A DNA stretch of 64,000 bases from Octopus sinensis. Lineage: Eukaryota. Each line of letters starts with the position of its first letter. The first letter of the stretch is position 1. Made by a program: the position numbers and the translations under genes. Under the pieces are notes generated by a model, which was given only the letters and a program-made list of their open reading frames with translations, made no database searches and was not told where the DNA came from. Shown piece after piece: positions 25,746 to 40,245 of the stretch. The stretch spans positions 116,684,001-116,748,000 of the forward strand of contig NC_042999.1 in NCBI RefSeq assembly GCF_006345805.1, written 5' to 3'.

Positions 25746-26545
25746 CGATTGATTATGATAATAATATTAAAAGTAGAATTTAAAATTTGGTTGGTAAATT
25801 GTACTAACAAGTTCTGTTTATTTATAACTTATAATCCAGGCTACTTTCAGCTCATTGTTGCCATGCCAAAGGTGATCCTACTTACCTTTTTTTTCATTCT
25901 CTTTTCTCTGTCCTATCCAATAAAGCAGTTCCACTGATGTCATTTATTATGGTAGCTAATTCAACCATCAGGGCTGTGGAAACAGACTTTGGCAGCAACT
26001 ATTGAATTGTTGTGAGGAAATATCAGAAATCTTGGCACTAATTACCAAAATACTCTTCCCATATTATTCTTGTTGGTGTTCAGATTTCATTGCAGGTGTT
26101 GTGGTTTCTCTTTGAGCAAGACACTTACCTCTACTTGCCTGAGGTTTCATGCCTAATTAAAAACATTTTATTGATATTTTTCATAGTTTTCTGGTTTATT
26201 TTCCCCTGCTTATTAACCTTTCATTAATGAAAGTACGTCCTACTTTTCTGAAGGTCAGCAATTTTAGCTACAAGTTTTATGAATGCACATTTTTGATAAT
26301 TTACAAACCTTTATTGTATAGTTTATTTGTCAACTGGAGAGGGAAGTTCATATTACCAGTCAACATTGTAAATTGCTGAACCAATTAAAATGATTGGAAT
26401 CTGGTTCAGTTCAGATTTCCAGGTGGTCAGGAATAGAACTTAGTTACAAGTAGAGTAGCCAGTCTCTACTACAAATAGGTTGAGTGAAAGCCATCTCTGA
26501 AAGGTCAAGCAGAGATAGCAGTTGCATAAATCATCTTTATATATA

Positions 26546-26762
26546 TTCTTTTCTACTCTAGGCACAAAGCCCAAAATCTTTGGGGAGGGAGCCAGTTGAT
26601 TAGATCAATCTCAGTATGCAACTGGTACTTAATTTATCGACCCCAAAAGGATGAAAGGCAGAGTCAACCTCAGCAGAATTTGAACTTAGAAAATAAAGAC
26701 AGACGAAATACAGCCTAGCATTTCGCCTGGCAGGCTAATGTTTCTGCCAGCTCACCACCTTC
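26546..26762 (-). mobile_element. Family-B SINE
   Basis: Reverse complement of the 21027-21227 element. Confidence 0.85.
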
Positions 26763-26859
26763 ATCATTATATATATTACCACCTAACTATCATGTCTTTC
26801 ACTAGTTCTCACCTTATTAGATTGGGACTTCTGCTATTTTGATTCTTGTAGAAGAGAAC

Positions 26860-27810
26860 CCTGTATTCATCAGGTGATTTATTTGCTGACAACACCCGCT
26901 TTGTGAAGGGTTTAGTATGCTGTGGTTGATGTGCAGATATGTACCAAGACTGTAGCATTTGCAAAGATTGCTGGATGGGTATGATCACTATTTAATTTGT
27001 TCAAGAAAAGACCATGAGTGGTGTGAGGCATACACAGCCCTCTGCCAGATGGGCCATGTGGCCTGTGGAACTTTTACATTGGCGTTCTTATAAAGGACTA
27101 GTGGCGGAGAAGAATGATAACTTGTGAGAGAACTCTGGGCAGCAGTGAAAATCAACTTGCTGCTCTGTATTGGAGGATTATGGATGACTTCAAGACGGTA
27201 ACAATGCCTCCAAAGGATATTGTTGGTTTGAAATTCTATAGGCAGTGGAATGCTGTCAGCTGGGCTTATCCAGGCTGTGCATAGAGTGATAAAGCCGTTT
27301 TGCATGCCCTCATTTAATGTTCACCCATTGCTAACATGTGGAGGTTTGTTGAACAGAACTAATTATTGGCCATGTCCATTGTGAAAAATCAACTCTTCAT
27401 TTTACTTTAACCAAGCAGTTTTCCTCTGTTTAGTGGTTAAGACAATAGAGGTTGTGTAGTAGATGCAACAGAGAGGACTGAGGACAGGCACATTCCTCTT
27501 TGGGAATGACTTTTCAGATTCTTCTTGAAGCAGAAGGTGAAGATGTTGAAATGTGGGTGACAGTGGCAAGTATGGCTCCAAGTAAGTGTACTTCCTCTCA
27601 GAAGATGCTTATAAACCAGGGAGTAACAGCTGATAGAGTGCATTTTACCCTTTGGTAATCAGGGTACTCCATGACATGTACTGTTCCTTATTGGCTGTAT
27701 GTGGTGCTCTTCCTCTCAGGGAACTCTGCTTTTTTGTTTTACTTTTCTACCATTCATCTGACTCCTGTAGAAACCCGCCAACACCTTTTGCATACTGTCC
27801 CATAAGTCAT
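26860..27810. mobile_element. Degenerate GC-richer segment, probably an old retroelement remnant
   Basis: GC is higher than the flanks. A + strand LFADNT resembles RT xADD, but I could not build a consistent frame or orientation. Confidence 0.25.
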
Positions 27811-27879
27811 CACTCTTGTGACAGCAAAAAACAGATTAATTAAATGTTACCAACAATTATTATTATGATTATAATAAAG

Positions 27880-28280
27880 GGTTGTGGACTGGCAGAAATA
27901 TTAAAACATCAGGAAAAATAATACATCACAGTGTTTTTTCTACCTTTTTATGGTCTGAGTTCAAATTCTGTTACAGTCAGTTTTGCTTTTCATCTCTTCA
28001 GTGTTGATATTAAAAAAGTACCAGTTTAGTATTAGGGTCAAAGGCATTGACTGACCTTATCCTCTCCAAATGGATGGCCTTGTGCCTAAATTAGAAACAG
28101 TTAATATTATTATGCATACATTATTTCTTCTGGCTCTTTCTGTTCTGAGTTCAAATCTTGTGGAGGTCATGTTTGCCTTTCATCACTTCAGGGTTGATAG
28201 AATAAAGTGCCAGTCAGATACTAGAGTTGGTGTAATCAACTAATCCCTTCTCTTCAAAATTTCTGCTTAGCTGAGAAATC
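27880..28280 (+). mobile_element. Two adjacent diverged family-B SINEs
   Basis: Two tctgagttcaaat...tttgc.tttcatc cores near 27955 and 28145. Confidence 0.7.
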
Positions 28281-28340
28281 ATTATTATTATTAATTTTCT
28301 TTTGCCTTTTTTCATGTTATATATATGTGTATATATATAT

Positions 28341-28384
<44 letters not shown>

Positions 28385-28773
28385 TATATAGATATATAGT
28401 CTGTTATTTATTATTATCATAACTCCCATCCAACATGCACCACACCATTTAGCCTTCTTAAAATGTAGTAGTAATAATAGTAGTAGCAATGGTGATGGTG
28501 GAGGGTGGTTGTGGTGGTAGTAGTATGTTATTTGCTAGACAGATTAAAGGATATTTAGGGTCTTGGTTCATTTCACTTGATTTGTTACTCCCTCTGTGTC
28601 TCTTGAAGTATTTATCCCCACCACCACTACTACTTCTGAAAATGGATCCATCAGCAGCTCATTTATTATGGTAGTTACCAGCCTCTGATAAACCCTCTCC
28701 CTAACTTTTTAGTCTCATTGACATTTTGGTTTGGAATTGCTTTCAGTGGTGTCTCCACCCAATACCATTGCTC

Positions 28774-28842
<69 letters not shown>

Positions 28843-29171
28843 CTCTCTCTCATTTTTCTAAAAAAAAATTCTGAAGAGGGATGCCATTTTTTTCTCACCA
28901 GTTCTACTAGCATCACTTCTAAGACAATGTATGATGCTCTTAATTAAGGCAAAGAGGTGACAGAAAAAAATATATTGATAATAAATTCAATTTATATTGA
29001 AGACACAGCAGCTTCATATCCCATATTTTGTTCGTATCTGCAAATAAGGACTGAATGAACTGTTCTTAATTTTTTTTTTTTCATCTAGTTATTTTAACAT
29101 TGTATTTATTGTTTGCTTTTGAAAGTTTGCTTTAGTTTGAAACTGTAAATCTCTCTTACTCTGAATGTAAG

Positions 29172-29212
<41 letters not shown>

Positions 29213-30869
29213 TAAACAAATAACTCTTATAGTGCTAGTTCTGTTGTCTGTAAAGAATTTGTCTGATGAATTCTCTAAGGAGACAACTAGTACTATACTG
29301 TCTGAGTCATTTATTTAATAAATAGTATTTTTCTCCTCTACTCAACAAATTGAGTACTTCATGATTTAAAAATTTTTTTTTCATTTTCAAAGGCAACTAT
29401 TAACCACAAATATGTGTATGTGTGTGTGTTCAAATTTCTAGGCCTATATGTATATGTGTGTGTGTGTGTGTGTGTGCATGCACACCTCTGTTTTTGTATA
29501 CATATTCTGCTGACTTCAACTTCTCTCTTTCTCTCACTCTTTCTCATACTTTCAAACACACATACATATATTTGTGCGCGTATGTATAGTATATGTATTC
29601 AATTAAAAGTTATTTATATAAAAGTTGGCTTGTAAATATAGACATAAGATTTTGATTTACTGTGATTTGAATTATTTGTTGTACTTTTGTTGTTGCTCTT
29701 GTAGTCAGTGTTGTTGCTGTTTTCTAACAGAACTACATTTGCTTTCTTCTATTCAGTTACTCCTCCCCTCACCTTCCTTTCCCTGTCATTCTCCATGCGC
29801 CATAGAAAGGATAAGATCTATGTGATTTTCCATTCTGTGTCTTAACATATCTGCTATTTCTTTGCTTGCAAATGCTGTATCATGGCACTAACAAATATTA
29901 TCTTGAGTGTCATGTTGTATGACATTGATCTATCTATATCCATTCATTTATCCATATTATTATTGTCTTTGTCATGTTATGTAGTTGATTTTTTTCTACA
30001 TTTCGGTTCTTTTTGTTTCTTATCATTTGTAAAATGTTTTATTTCCTTTTATTTTTTTTTTAAAGGAGTGATTGAAATTATGTATAACATAGTTTTTGTT
30101 GAGCTGAATATTTAAAATCCAAGGTTGTAATTACTGTTATAGTTTCACAGCTGATAATTTCATTTTTCAAAGCAATTTTATACATATTTTCATATGACTT
30201 CTTTTATGACACTTTTCAGTTTTTGTTAAGTAGAGTTAAATTTCATTTATGTGTATTGTCTCTTCATCTGTAAAGGTATTCCAGATATACCAATATTAAT
30301 TTTAGAATTCTTTGGATTTTCAATTGGATAAAACTTTCCCATTTCAAAACATTTTATTGACGTTAATTTTATTTATTCATTGCTGAATCATGTTGAGTCT
30401 TCAGATATACTGTTCCTGCCAAGATTAGTTAAAAATGCATCTTAAAAAATTCATCTATGAAATATGATAAAATATGAAGAAATATAGAAGTGAAAGTTGA
30501 AATATGTAATCCCTATATTTGAGTATAATAGGCATGGTTGTATAGTTAAGAAGCTCAATTTACAACTGAGTGAATTTGGCAACAGAAACTGTAAGGAAGC
30601 ATATTGAATATATGTATGGGGGTTGGGGTGTATATGTGGTTGTCTCCACACCAATTAACAATCAATGTTGGTTCGTTCACATCTCTGTAATTTAGTGGTT
30701 CACCAAAAGAGACTAGTAGAATAAGTACCAGACTTTAAAATAAATACTGGGATTGATTTATTTGACTAAGTCCTTCAAGGCACTGCCCTAGTAAGGGTGC
30801 AGTCCAATAACTAAAACAAATAAAGGATTAAAAAAAAATCATTATATATTATATTATAATAATAGAGCT

Positions 30870-31080
30870 TGTTGGCTGAATCATCAGCACACCAGACAAA
30901 ATGCTTTGTGGGCATTTTATCCATCTTTGTGTTCTGAGTTCAAATTCTACTGATATCAACTTTGCTTTCATCCTTTTGGGGTTGATAAAAGGGGTACCAG
31001 TCTAGCACTGATGTCAACTTAATTAACGACCTCCCCTGCACAAAGAAATTTCAGGCCTTGTACTTATAGTAGAAAAGAAT
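30870..31080 (+). mobile_element. Family-B SINE
   Basis: gttctgagttcaaattctactgatatcaactttgctttcatccttttggggttgataaa. Confidence 0.8.
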
Positions 31081-33239
31081 ATGTTGTACCCTTATATTAT
31101 ACTATGATATATATTTTTTAATATATGATACATAAATATTATACCCTTATAAGATCTTCATTTTCATTGTGATTCTACATAGAGTTACAAATCATTTTGA
31201 TACTGTAGCATTTACAGAAACTTACAGGTAGCCTTTTCTGTTTTGTCCTTATAACTTTATACAAGTGTTCTTTGTGTAGAATTGATGCAATATGTAAAGT
31301 TGTATCTGATATTAGAGATTGATTACATATCCATAAAAAAAAAAAGATTATTTAAAACTGTTGAACATGCTTACCAATCACACATACCCAATCACTTCAA
31401 CTTTACATACATCCACTCATTTCATCTACACACATACCTGTCCACTCATACATTTGCCCTCACACTCATTTTCATTCATTCTCATGTATTCACTTGCTCT
31501 CAAACATGCTCAATCACATTCACTTGATCTCTGGCTCTCTCTCTCTCTCTCTCGTTCTACTCTCATTCTAAATATGCTCCTCGATTCGCCTTATTTCAAT
31601 TTCTCTTGCTTCATTTTGCTCAGTTCAAACATTACTCCTGTCTGTTTTATGAACCATGAAACTTTTCTATGAAGGTTAAATCTGAAAGTGATGTCACTGA
31701 ATGTGTTGCCAGTTGATGTTTATAAAAGGCTGTCATGAGACAAGCTGAACAAAATCATTGTCACTGCTAATAAGTAGACATAGCTAAGAATACTGGTTAA
31801 TTGATACCATTTTAGGAAAATTAATTACTACATTTTTCTTGTTTCTATTTCTGTCTATTTCTGTAAATCTAGTTTTACTGTGCTTAAGTGCCAGTTAAAC
31901 CACAGCCCCAAATGACACATGCTCTCAAATACTGGGTCACAACCACTTTGTCCTTTTTTATATATATATATATATTTCATTTTTTTTTTTTTTCCTGATA
32001 TGTTGGGTGAAGTATTTGAAAAATAATCTTTTTCTCAGGAAAGCTAGTTCACCTGTGTTGACTTAAACCAAGCATAAAGAGTTAAGTAACTAAACATTTC
32101 AACCATTGCTTCAAAGATGTTTTTGTTCTTGTATATCTTTTAGTTTTAAATAATGGAGCGAGCATGTTTGCTGTTCCGAAGCATAACCTGTTTACAGAAA
32201 GGCTTTCTATGGCCTGGAAATAAACTTTTATTTTTATTTTATTTTTTATCTAATGCTATTTTTTATATAAATATGTCTTGATAGAAATAGGAATTTTACT
32301 TTTTTTTTTTTGCCTTATATTTTTTATGAATACTAAACTTCAACAAAAATTTCCTTTATTCACATTATTTCTGACATTGTTAGAAGATTTCTATTTATAG
32401 TATGTAAATTTTTCAGCTGAGCTGACTGACTGAAGGTGGAGTCAAGATTAGACCTTTAACTAACTATATGTGTGTGTGTGTATTACTATAGAGGTCTTAA
32501 ACAGAAATATTAAGATTAGCTAAACTTCAACAATTGAAGATAAATACCATTTATTTAAATACATTTATGCTCATATGTAGTGAAATAGAAATTCAAATTG
32601 ATAGAAAGTATGCTTAGAAACTATTTGGAATTCCAGTTTCTACTCAAATGGATGATGTACAGGTTGAAAGAATTGTGATTTATAGAAATTTTGCTTGAAA
32701 TATCTTACAAACTTTTCAAGCAAAAGAATAAAATGAACTGTGATACAATTGAGTTTCTTTTTTTGTGGAGTCAAGTGTTTTAATAACTAAAATATGGTAA
32801 CATTGTCAGAATATTTCTTGAATTATTTTCTTCCTAGAATAGAATGTGGTTTGTTAATAATTTTTATAGATTATATGTCTCTGAGGATTTATGAATTGGT
32901 AAAATAACTGACAGTACTGAACTTTGGATATGTGATAAATGCCACCATCTACACAGCTTTGCTGTAATAATCTCATTTACAAAGAAGGATATATCTTTTG
33001 GGATGCTTAGAACAAACAATATCTCTTTCATTCTTGTTCTCTCTATTCCTCTCTCTCTCTATCATTCCATTTTTCATTTCAGTCTTTCTTTCACTCATTC
33101 ACACACACCCACACTCACAGTGGTTATAAATTCAAATGTTGATAGCTTTGTAAATATGAAGAGGATTTCTATGTTAACTACATTAAATATAAATATAAAC
33201 AGATTCAGTACACCTATTTTTCACACACACATACACACA

Positions 33240-34420
33240 CCCACACTCCAACAGAAGTTTAAGACCGGCTGTCCGTGGGAACTTCTGTATAGTGATGACC
33301 TAGTTCTCAGGGATGAATCTGTTGAAGAATTAAAGAAGAAATTCCAAATGTAGAAGCAACGCCTAGAACTGACAAAGCAGACAAAAAGTTTTATTTCACA
33401 GGAAAGAAGATAGGATACTACTGTCTTCTGGGACATAACCATGTTTAATATGCAAAAAGGAAGTAAGCAAAGAAGCTCTGTGGTGTACTCTGTCTAGACT
33501 AGGTGCACAAAAGATGCAGTGGAATTACATGTAGGCTAACTGAGAAGGACTTTGTATGTAGGACTATGTATGTACAGAAGTAATTCCCATAAGAGCTACT
33601 ATAAAATGTTCTTTTCAAATACCCAGGAGTATCTCTTTTAGTAGCTGATAGTATCCATTATTTAGATGACCTAAGGTTCAAGACAGTAGAATCATTGCTG
33701 TACCGTAGAAAATGCTTATTGATATTCCTTTCAACTTTATGTTCTGAGTTCAAATTCCACCAAGGTCAACTTTGATTTTCATCCTTTCAGGGTCGATAAA
33801 ACAAGTACCTGTCGAACAGTGGGGCTGATGTAATCAACTAGCATCTTACCTCAAAATTTCAGGCCTTTCCCAAAGTAGTAAGGATTATTTAGATGACCTA
33901 ATCAACAGTGGAGTAGGACCTTCTAATTGGAGTAAGATTTGTTAGAAAAAGTTCAAAGAGCTCCTAATTCTGATAGCAATAAATGCATTTTCTCATTGAG
34001 TGAAGGGCATATGATGTTTGTGTTCAAACTGTGATGCTACATGGTGATGAGACATGGGCATTGAATGTGGAGGATATCTGAAGGGTGCAAAGAAGTGATG
34101 TAATTAATGTTAGTATGGATGAATGACAGAGTACTTATTTGATGAGTGAAAAATTGGGTGTATGGAAATCAGACCTAATGTTGCAAGAAGGAAGACTGAG
34201 CTGTGTCAAGGATGTAGGATGACAAGATGAGTAAAAAGTGCCAAGTGATCCATATAGGAGAAACTGCAAAAAAGGAAAACTCAGGAAGAAATGGGGTATC
34301 TAATCTCAGGTAGCTGAACCTCATGAAGGAGATGATAAAAAAAACACAACAAAATACAAGGCTCTGTATCTAATAAGACCCATTTAATACATGCATGCTT
34401 GAGAGAGCAGGTATAGAATG
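33240..34420 (+). mobile_element. 5'-truncated RTE-clade LINE remnant, interrupted by a SINE
   Basis: KFKTGCPWELLYSDDLVLRDESVEELKKKFQ contains the RT YADD-type motif. Downstream remnants fit the Cys-rich region, SLEVVDSFxYLGD and LHGxETWALN. Many stops. Confidence 0.85.
33675..33883 (+). mobile_element. tRNA-derived SINE inserted into the RTE LINE, with 17-18 bp target-site duplication
   Basis: ATTATTTAGATGACCTAA occurs at 33657-33674 and 33884-33901. Body gttctgagttcaaattcc...gactttg...tttcatcctttc..ggtcgataaa is the same family as 10251-10474. Confidence 0.9.
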
Positions 34421-37400
34421 ATAATAGTAAACCATTTTTCTTTAACCACTACCTCGCTATTGTTTTTATTAAAAGTCTATATTTTTAAAAGTTACCATAA
34501 CACAACTTTTTTGAAAATCTGGCAAAAATTCAACTTGGACATTATACTTACTGTACTTACTGTTGTTATTCCATATATTTATTCGTTTTAATCATATTAA
34601 TGGTTTTAGTGATTTTGAGAGTAGAATCTGCAGTAGCAAACAGTTTATGACAAAATTTTTGTGTCTTGAAATTGTAATTACTAAGTTAAATCCATAAGTG
34701 CTCAATATTCTTTCTTTTTTTCATTATTCAAGGACATTTAAATATAGTTGTAGATTATTACATCATCTTTGAGACTTGTTTTTGTATTTTAATTATTTCA
34801 TTTATATTTTAATATACTTAAAAGAAAATTTTATTATGGATCTTTAAGTGTGTATTGTTCTTTTAGTTGGTGGTGATGGAAGATAAAACTCAAACATTAA
34901 TTTTTCAATGTTGTCTTTTGATATATCTCTATATTTTCTTTGATTTCAAACATTACCGAGAATAGATATATTTTACTCTTATATAAAAAAAAAAGATACC
35001 CTTATCAACATATCTTTAAAAAAAAAATCAAAATTCAAAGGACGTATTATTATAGTGCTTTTGATACTAGAAATTGTTAAATTCTATTAAGATGAGTGCA
35101 GAGATTCCCCCACTCACTATCTCTTCCCTATTTTCTGCTTTTTCTGATGGAGCATCATATCTTTTTTTTTCTCAACTAATTAGTAAAATCAATACATCTT
35201 TTTTTCTTTATTTTTCCTTCACACTCATTTTCTTTTTAAGCAATTTTAGAATATTCCACACTTGTTTTTTGATTTAAGGTTGCTTTTTCTTATATTTTTA
35301 CTTTTTTTTTTCTTTTTGTTTGTTTTTCCCTATCTTTCAGTTAAGATTTTGCTAAAAAGAAAAAAAAAATATCTGTGTAGTGTGGAATGCCAACTTTTAG
35401 CTGTCATGCAAGCTGTCCTGTCATTATTCTCTGACAACAATAATGAAAGCTAGCACATCCAATAAACACAAGAGCCAAATTCAATGACCTGCACTTATAT
35501 TTCATTGCTGTCCTATCTCAGACATGATGGCTACATAACCTAGCTCAACAGAAACCATGTAACTTCTTTGTATGCTACAGTCTCTTGTTATCTCAGCAGC
35601 TTAAAGGTTTTAGATATGTTGCTAGAAGTTGGATAATGCCTGACTAAATAATTACTCAACAGCGACATTACTTGTCTATCTGTATACTTCTGTGAAATAG
35701 TTTTATAATAACTCACTACACATTGTTATCAAATATTGTAAACAACCAATGTTAAACACACTTGTTCCTATCATTTCCTACCTAAATGTGATTGATTTGA
35801 GGCAAAAATAACACTTCATATGACTTAGCACAGTAAAGCTACTGTGGCAGCCCATAAAGTTTTTGTTTAGAATTGGACAAAATAAATCTTATAAACAATG
35901 GGAAGCTATTTCATATTAATATATACATTTGAAACAGCCTTACATTCAAATACCAGTGTGTATAATATATATGATGTCTATACAAAACTGAAATAACACT
36001 ATCTGTAATATTTTGTTCCAGAAAAAATTTCTCAAACAGACTTGCATGTTAAAAACTTTCCAGTGGATCATAGATACAATGTTTCAACCTGGTTTGGTGT
36101 CTGCTGTGATGAATTCCAGTTAATGTAAGCCAAGCAGAAATGCCTGTCTGACTTATAGAAATCAGTCGTCAAAAATTTACTGATTTATGTGAAAGCCAGA
36201 GTTAAATTAATATATAAATTTGAAACAGCTGTAGGTTACAATACCTGTGTGTTTAACATGAATGTACTTGAATATGGAATAGCACTAGCTGTGATATTTT
36301 GTCTCAGAAAAGATTTCTGAAAGAAACTTGAGCATGATGAATCTGTTCTTAAACCACACAGGTTGAAACTACTTTTTATCTTTGAAATGTTTTACATTCT
36401 TCGACAATTATTTGATTGGAAAATTTGTAAATTATTGTCTTATTTTCTTATATTCTAGTTTGTTATGTGGATCAAGTAATGCCATATTTTAAGATTCTCT
36501 ACCTTGAACTCTTTCCATTGAATAGCATCAATTGTGGCCTTTAGGAATGAAAAGTTTGTCTCAGTAATGACTAGTAAAGAAATGCAGAAACATGAATGGA
36601 TCAACCAGTGTCATACACATGAGCTAGCTATAGTTAGCTTCATTGTTACTAGCTGTTCCAATGATAACATATTTCTGATAACTCAGATATTTACTCAGAT
36701 TGTTTCAATTTGTGTTTTATAACAACATGCCTCTTTCTACTGCTTTATTAGAAGTCATCCATATCTTCAATTAGCCTAACTGGAGTAGGTACTATATTTA
36801 GTCTTGCCTAGTAGCATGATGCAACAAGTAAATAGCAAAGTTTCAATTAATGGCCATTTTTTGATTTTGATACAAGCAGTTTCAAATTAATATCATAATG
36901 ATTAAAAGGAATCGATGAACTTGCATCATTATGTTTTAGAGTAGTCTAGTGTTTTCCTAGCTAAAGAGGAACCACTTAAAAATAGGCAATCAAATACTCA
37001 AATACACAGTAATAATAATTCACACATAAAATATATTTTGCCTAAGAAATTCACTGTGACTACATTGTTTCATTAACATTTATCTAGGCTAATTTAGGAT
37101 GGCTTTGAGGCTTCTCTACTGAATTATAAACTTTTGTTACTTTTGCTTTTTAGGAAGGGTATTCAGCTGTAAAATTTCTGCTCATTTAAAAGGGATAAAT
37201 ATGAGTGAGCAGCCTTTATTTTATTATATGAAAATACATTTACATCGTTATTAACTCACATAGAATTACAGTACCATAACATGTTGCTAACCTTTATATA
37301 TATTATGTAGAACAATGTCTTTTTATATTATAACCTAAAAAATTACTTGGCAGTCAATAGGTACAATAAGTACTTTGGGCTTTTATTTTTCTAAAGAATA

Positions 37401-37938
37401 ATGCAGTTTAAGGTTTGGATATTAGAGAACTGCAACAGAAGCAGATTGTATATTAAGCTTAGTTGTTATTCCATGTTAATCATATGTATTAACCCTTCTT
37501 GGTATATATTTATCTGTGGAAACAATTAAACTGTCTTGAAAATCTGAGGCGATCTTAAGAATTAATGATAATTTGGATTAATAAGTTCCTGTATTAAATG
37601 GCTCAGACTGCTATAAATAACCTCCTGCCATCGCTTCATAAGTCCACATTGGTTTATTCTTTTTACTTAGCACATTTTCTTTTCTCAGGTTTGTTTTTAT
37701 CCACTTTTCAAAAGCTGACATATTTTAAATACATTAATATATTTTCTGGACTAATTTTATAAGTTTATACAAATGATGCACTAGTGACATTGACTGACAT
37801 ACTCAATATAATATTGCTTTCTTCAGGGCTATTTGAACAAAGCATACCACTACTTTGTTTTTTCTCTTTCAAATTGTCCTATTTAAAAAGCCATACCAAT
37901 TAATATTCTTAATATAAAAATTTCCAGCCATTATAATG

Positions 37939-39123
37939 TACAAAGGTGAACTGAAAAGTTCATTGGCTGATCAAGACACTCTCATGGAATTTGACCAAAT
38001 GAGGTGTCTTTTCAACATAGTGCCCCTCATGGTCCACACACTTCTTCCATTGGTGAAGAAGCTTTCATCTTGTTGGTAAAAAAAACCCATCAACAGCAGT
38101 GATGACATCATCATCACTGTGTTTTTTATGTTGAAGAACAGATGATAGTCAGATGGGGTCAAATCAAGAAAATAGGTAGGGTGATGAACCAGTTCAAAGC
38201 AGCCATTGAAACTAAGGATTTGTGTGCTGGAGCATGAAGTGATGAAACAAGACACCTTTCATAAGTGCCTCAGAAAGTTGGCATAGTACTCTCTATTGTT
38301 GGTTTTGTCTTTTTGAAAATAGTCAATAAACACGATGCTTTTGTATACCAAAAAACTGAGGCTATCACCTTCCCTGCAGATTAAATGACCATGACCTTCT
38401 TTGGAACAGGTTAGGAAGGATGTTTTTGCTGCATGGATTGTCTCTATGTCTCTGGCTCAAAATTGCTGAAGTCAACACTCATTCTGGCTTAAGAAACATT
38501 CAAGGAAACCAGATGGATCTGCCCCAAACAATTTTCTCATGATGTAATCATCCTGGTGTTTCTTTGATCAGGTGTCAAAAGATGTAGCACCCACTGAACA
38601 AGAAACCTTTATCATTGTGCAGAATATTTTCAACTGTCTCATGGGATATGTTAGTAGCATTAGCTATTTGATTTATAATCAGTCACCTCACATCCAGTAC
38701 CATGTAGTGAACAGTCAATGTTTTCCTAGGTGATGGCTGTTGTAGGATGTCCAGATGTTGAGTCATCTTGAAGACTCTCCCATTCCTCTCCTAAATTCAG
38801 CTGGCCACGTTTGCACTGGTGATAAAGCTGGAGCATCATCCCCTAATGTAGAACCATATCAGCATGAATGTCTTGGGGAGGGGGGCTAAACCCTTTTCCT
38901 GCAAGTATTGTTAACACCATGATAGCAAATTATGTCGATATTCAAGAGAAATCACTACTAGTTACTTTTTAAGTCTTCTTTGAACAGTGAGATATCAGTT
39001 TACCTAGAAAAAAAAACAATGCAATTATTAATAAATAAAGCTGAAATTAATGCATGTTAGATTTCACACCTCTAGCATCACTCCTTCATAGTCAGCTTAT
39101 GAACTTTTCAGCCCACCCTCATA
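37939..39123 (-). mobile_element. Near-full-length, degenerate mariner (Tc1/mariner) DNA transposon
   Basis: TA-bounded TIRs: left tacaaaggtgaactgaaaagttcattggctga; right (reverse complement) tatgagggtgggctgaaaagttcataagctga. Minus-strand transposase remnants SAGKVIASVFWYTK and HPTYFLDLTPSDYHLF (mariner YSPDLAPSD motif), with frameshifts and stops. Confidence 0.9.
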
Positions 39124-39516
39124 TGAGTTTAGAATCATTTTGCCAATCCCATTGACGAAAGTCAAAAAGCTTCTTGTGGCCAATGCATTGAATAAAAACA
39201 AAGAGCATTTATGAACTTCTGTACACAATTGTTAGCTGTATATAGTTTATAAATAAGATTAAGGTTCTTGTTTGAATATTTTTTATTCATATAGGAAAAC
39301 TATTTAGAATTGATATGTATTAAATTTCCTCCTATATGAAAAGCTGGAAAAAAAGTTCACTGGTTATTTGCCACAGCAATCATTTTAATGTTCTGAGGAA
39401 TAATGTTTCTTTCCATGAACGATGATATATACATGAGTATTTTTATCCCTCTCTATTTTGATGATGATAATGATGATTTTTACACACACACACACATATC
39501 TGTGTGTGTGTGTGTG

Positions 39517-39559
<43 letters not shown>

Positions 39560-39599
39560 AGAGAGAGAGAGAGAGAGAGAGAGCAGAAGAGGAAGTACA

Positions 39600-40245
39600 C
39601 GACTTAGTGGTTGGGGTGTTGAAATAATTGTTGCCTTGGTCTTTTACAGTCTCCTCAGCTCTCTGCCTAGATCCTAGTATTCCTCAAGTTTTTCCATTTC
39701 TTTGGTATTGACTCTGATATCATAGGTAATTGCAAAATCTATGATCTTACAGTGTTTGTTTATTTTTGTCCTCTGTAAACATGTCTGGTCTTCTTGCCTC
39801 AATAGTATGGTCAGTCCTTATGGCAGAGTCCTAAAGAGGTCTTGTAATTCTCATTTTCTATCACAGCCTCTGGTTCATGCTCATACCATTTTTCTGTTGT
39901 TTTGAAGCAACTTTTATTCAACTAATGCCCCAATACATTCTTTTGCCTACAGTCTTGTCTGCTCTTGTATTCCTTTTGTGCTGGTATACAGCATTCATTC
40001 AAAATGTGATTGATACTCTTATCTTTCCTATAGACTCGACATTTGCTGTCTGACAGAGTTTTGTTGATCTTTGCCTTTACTAGATTTGTTCCAAGGGCTT
40101 GTTCCTGAGTAGCAGCTATAATTAATGTTTCTGTATCTTGTCTCAAGTTCCTGTCCATCAGCTAAAGCCAGCAGGCTTCATTTCCAACGCTTTTCAACTA
40201 TTACATTAATTTGCCATGCTGTTCCATTTCTTTCCATTTGTTCAT
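39600..40245 (-). mobile_element. 3' fragment of a non-LTR retrotransposon with restriction-like endonuclease (R4/Dong-like)
   Basis: Minus-strand remnants ETLIIAA.QEQALGTNLVKAKINKT.SDSKCRV...INHILNEC..AQKEYKSRQD (CCHC-type knuckle region), KWYEHEPEAVIENENY, TDHTIEARRPD and CKIIDFAITYDIRVNTKEMEKLEEY (PD..D nuclease). Frameshifted. Confidence 0.8.
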
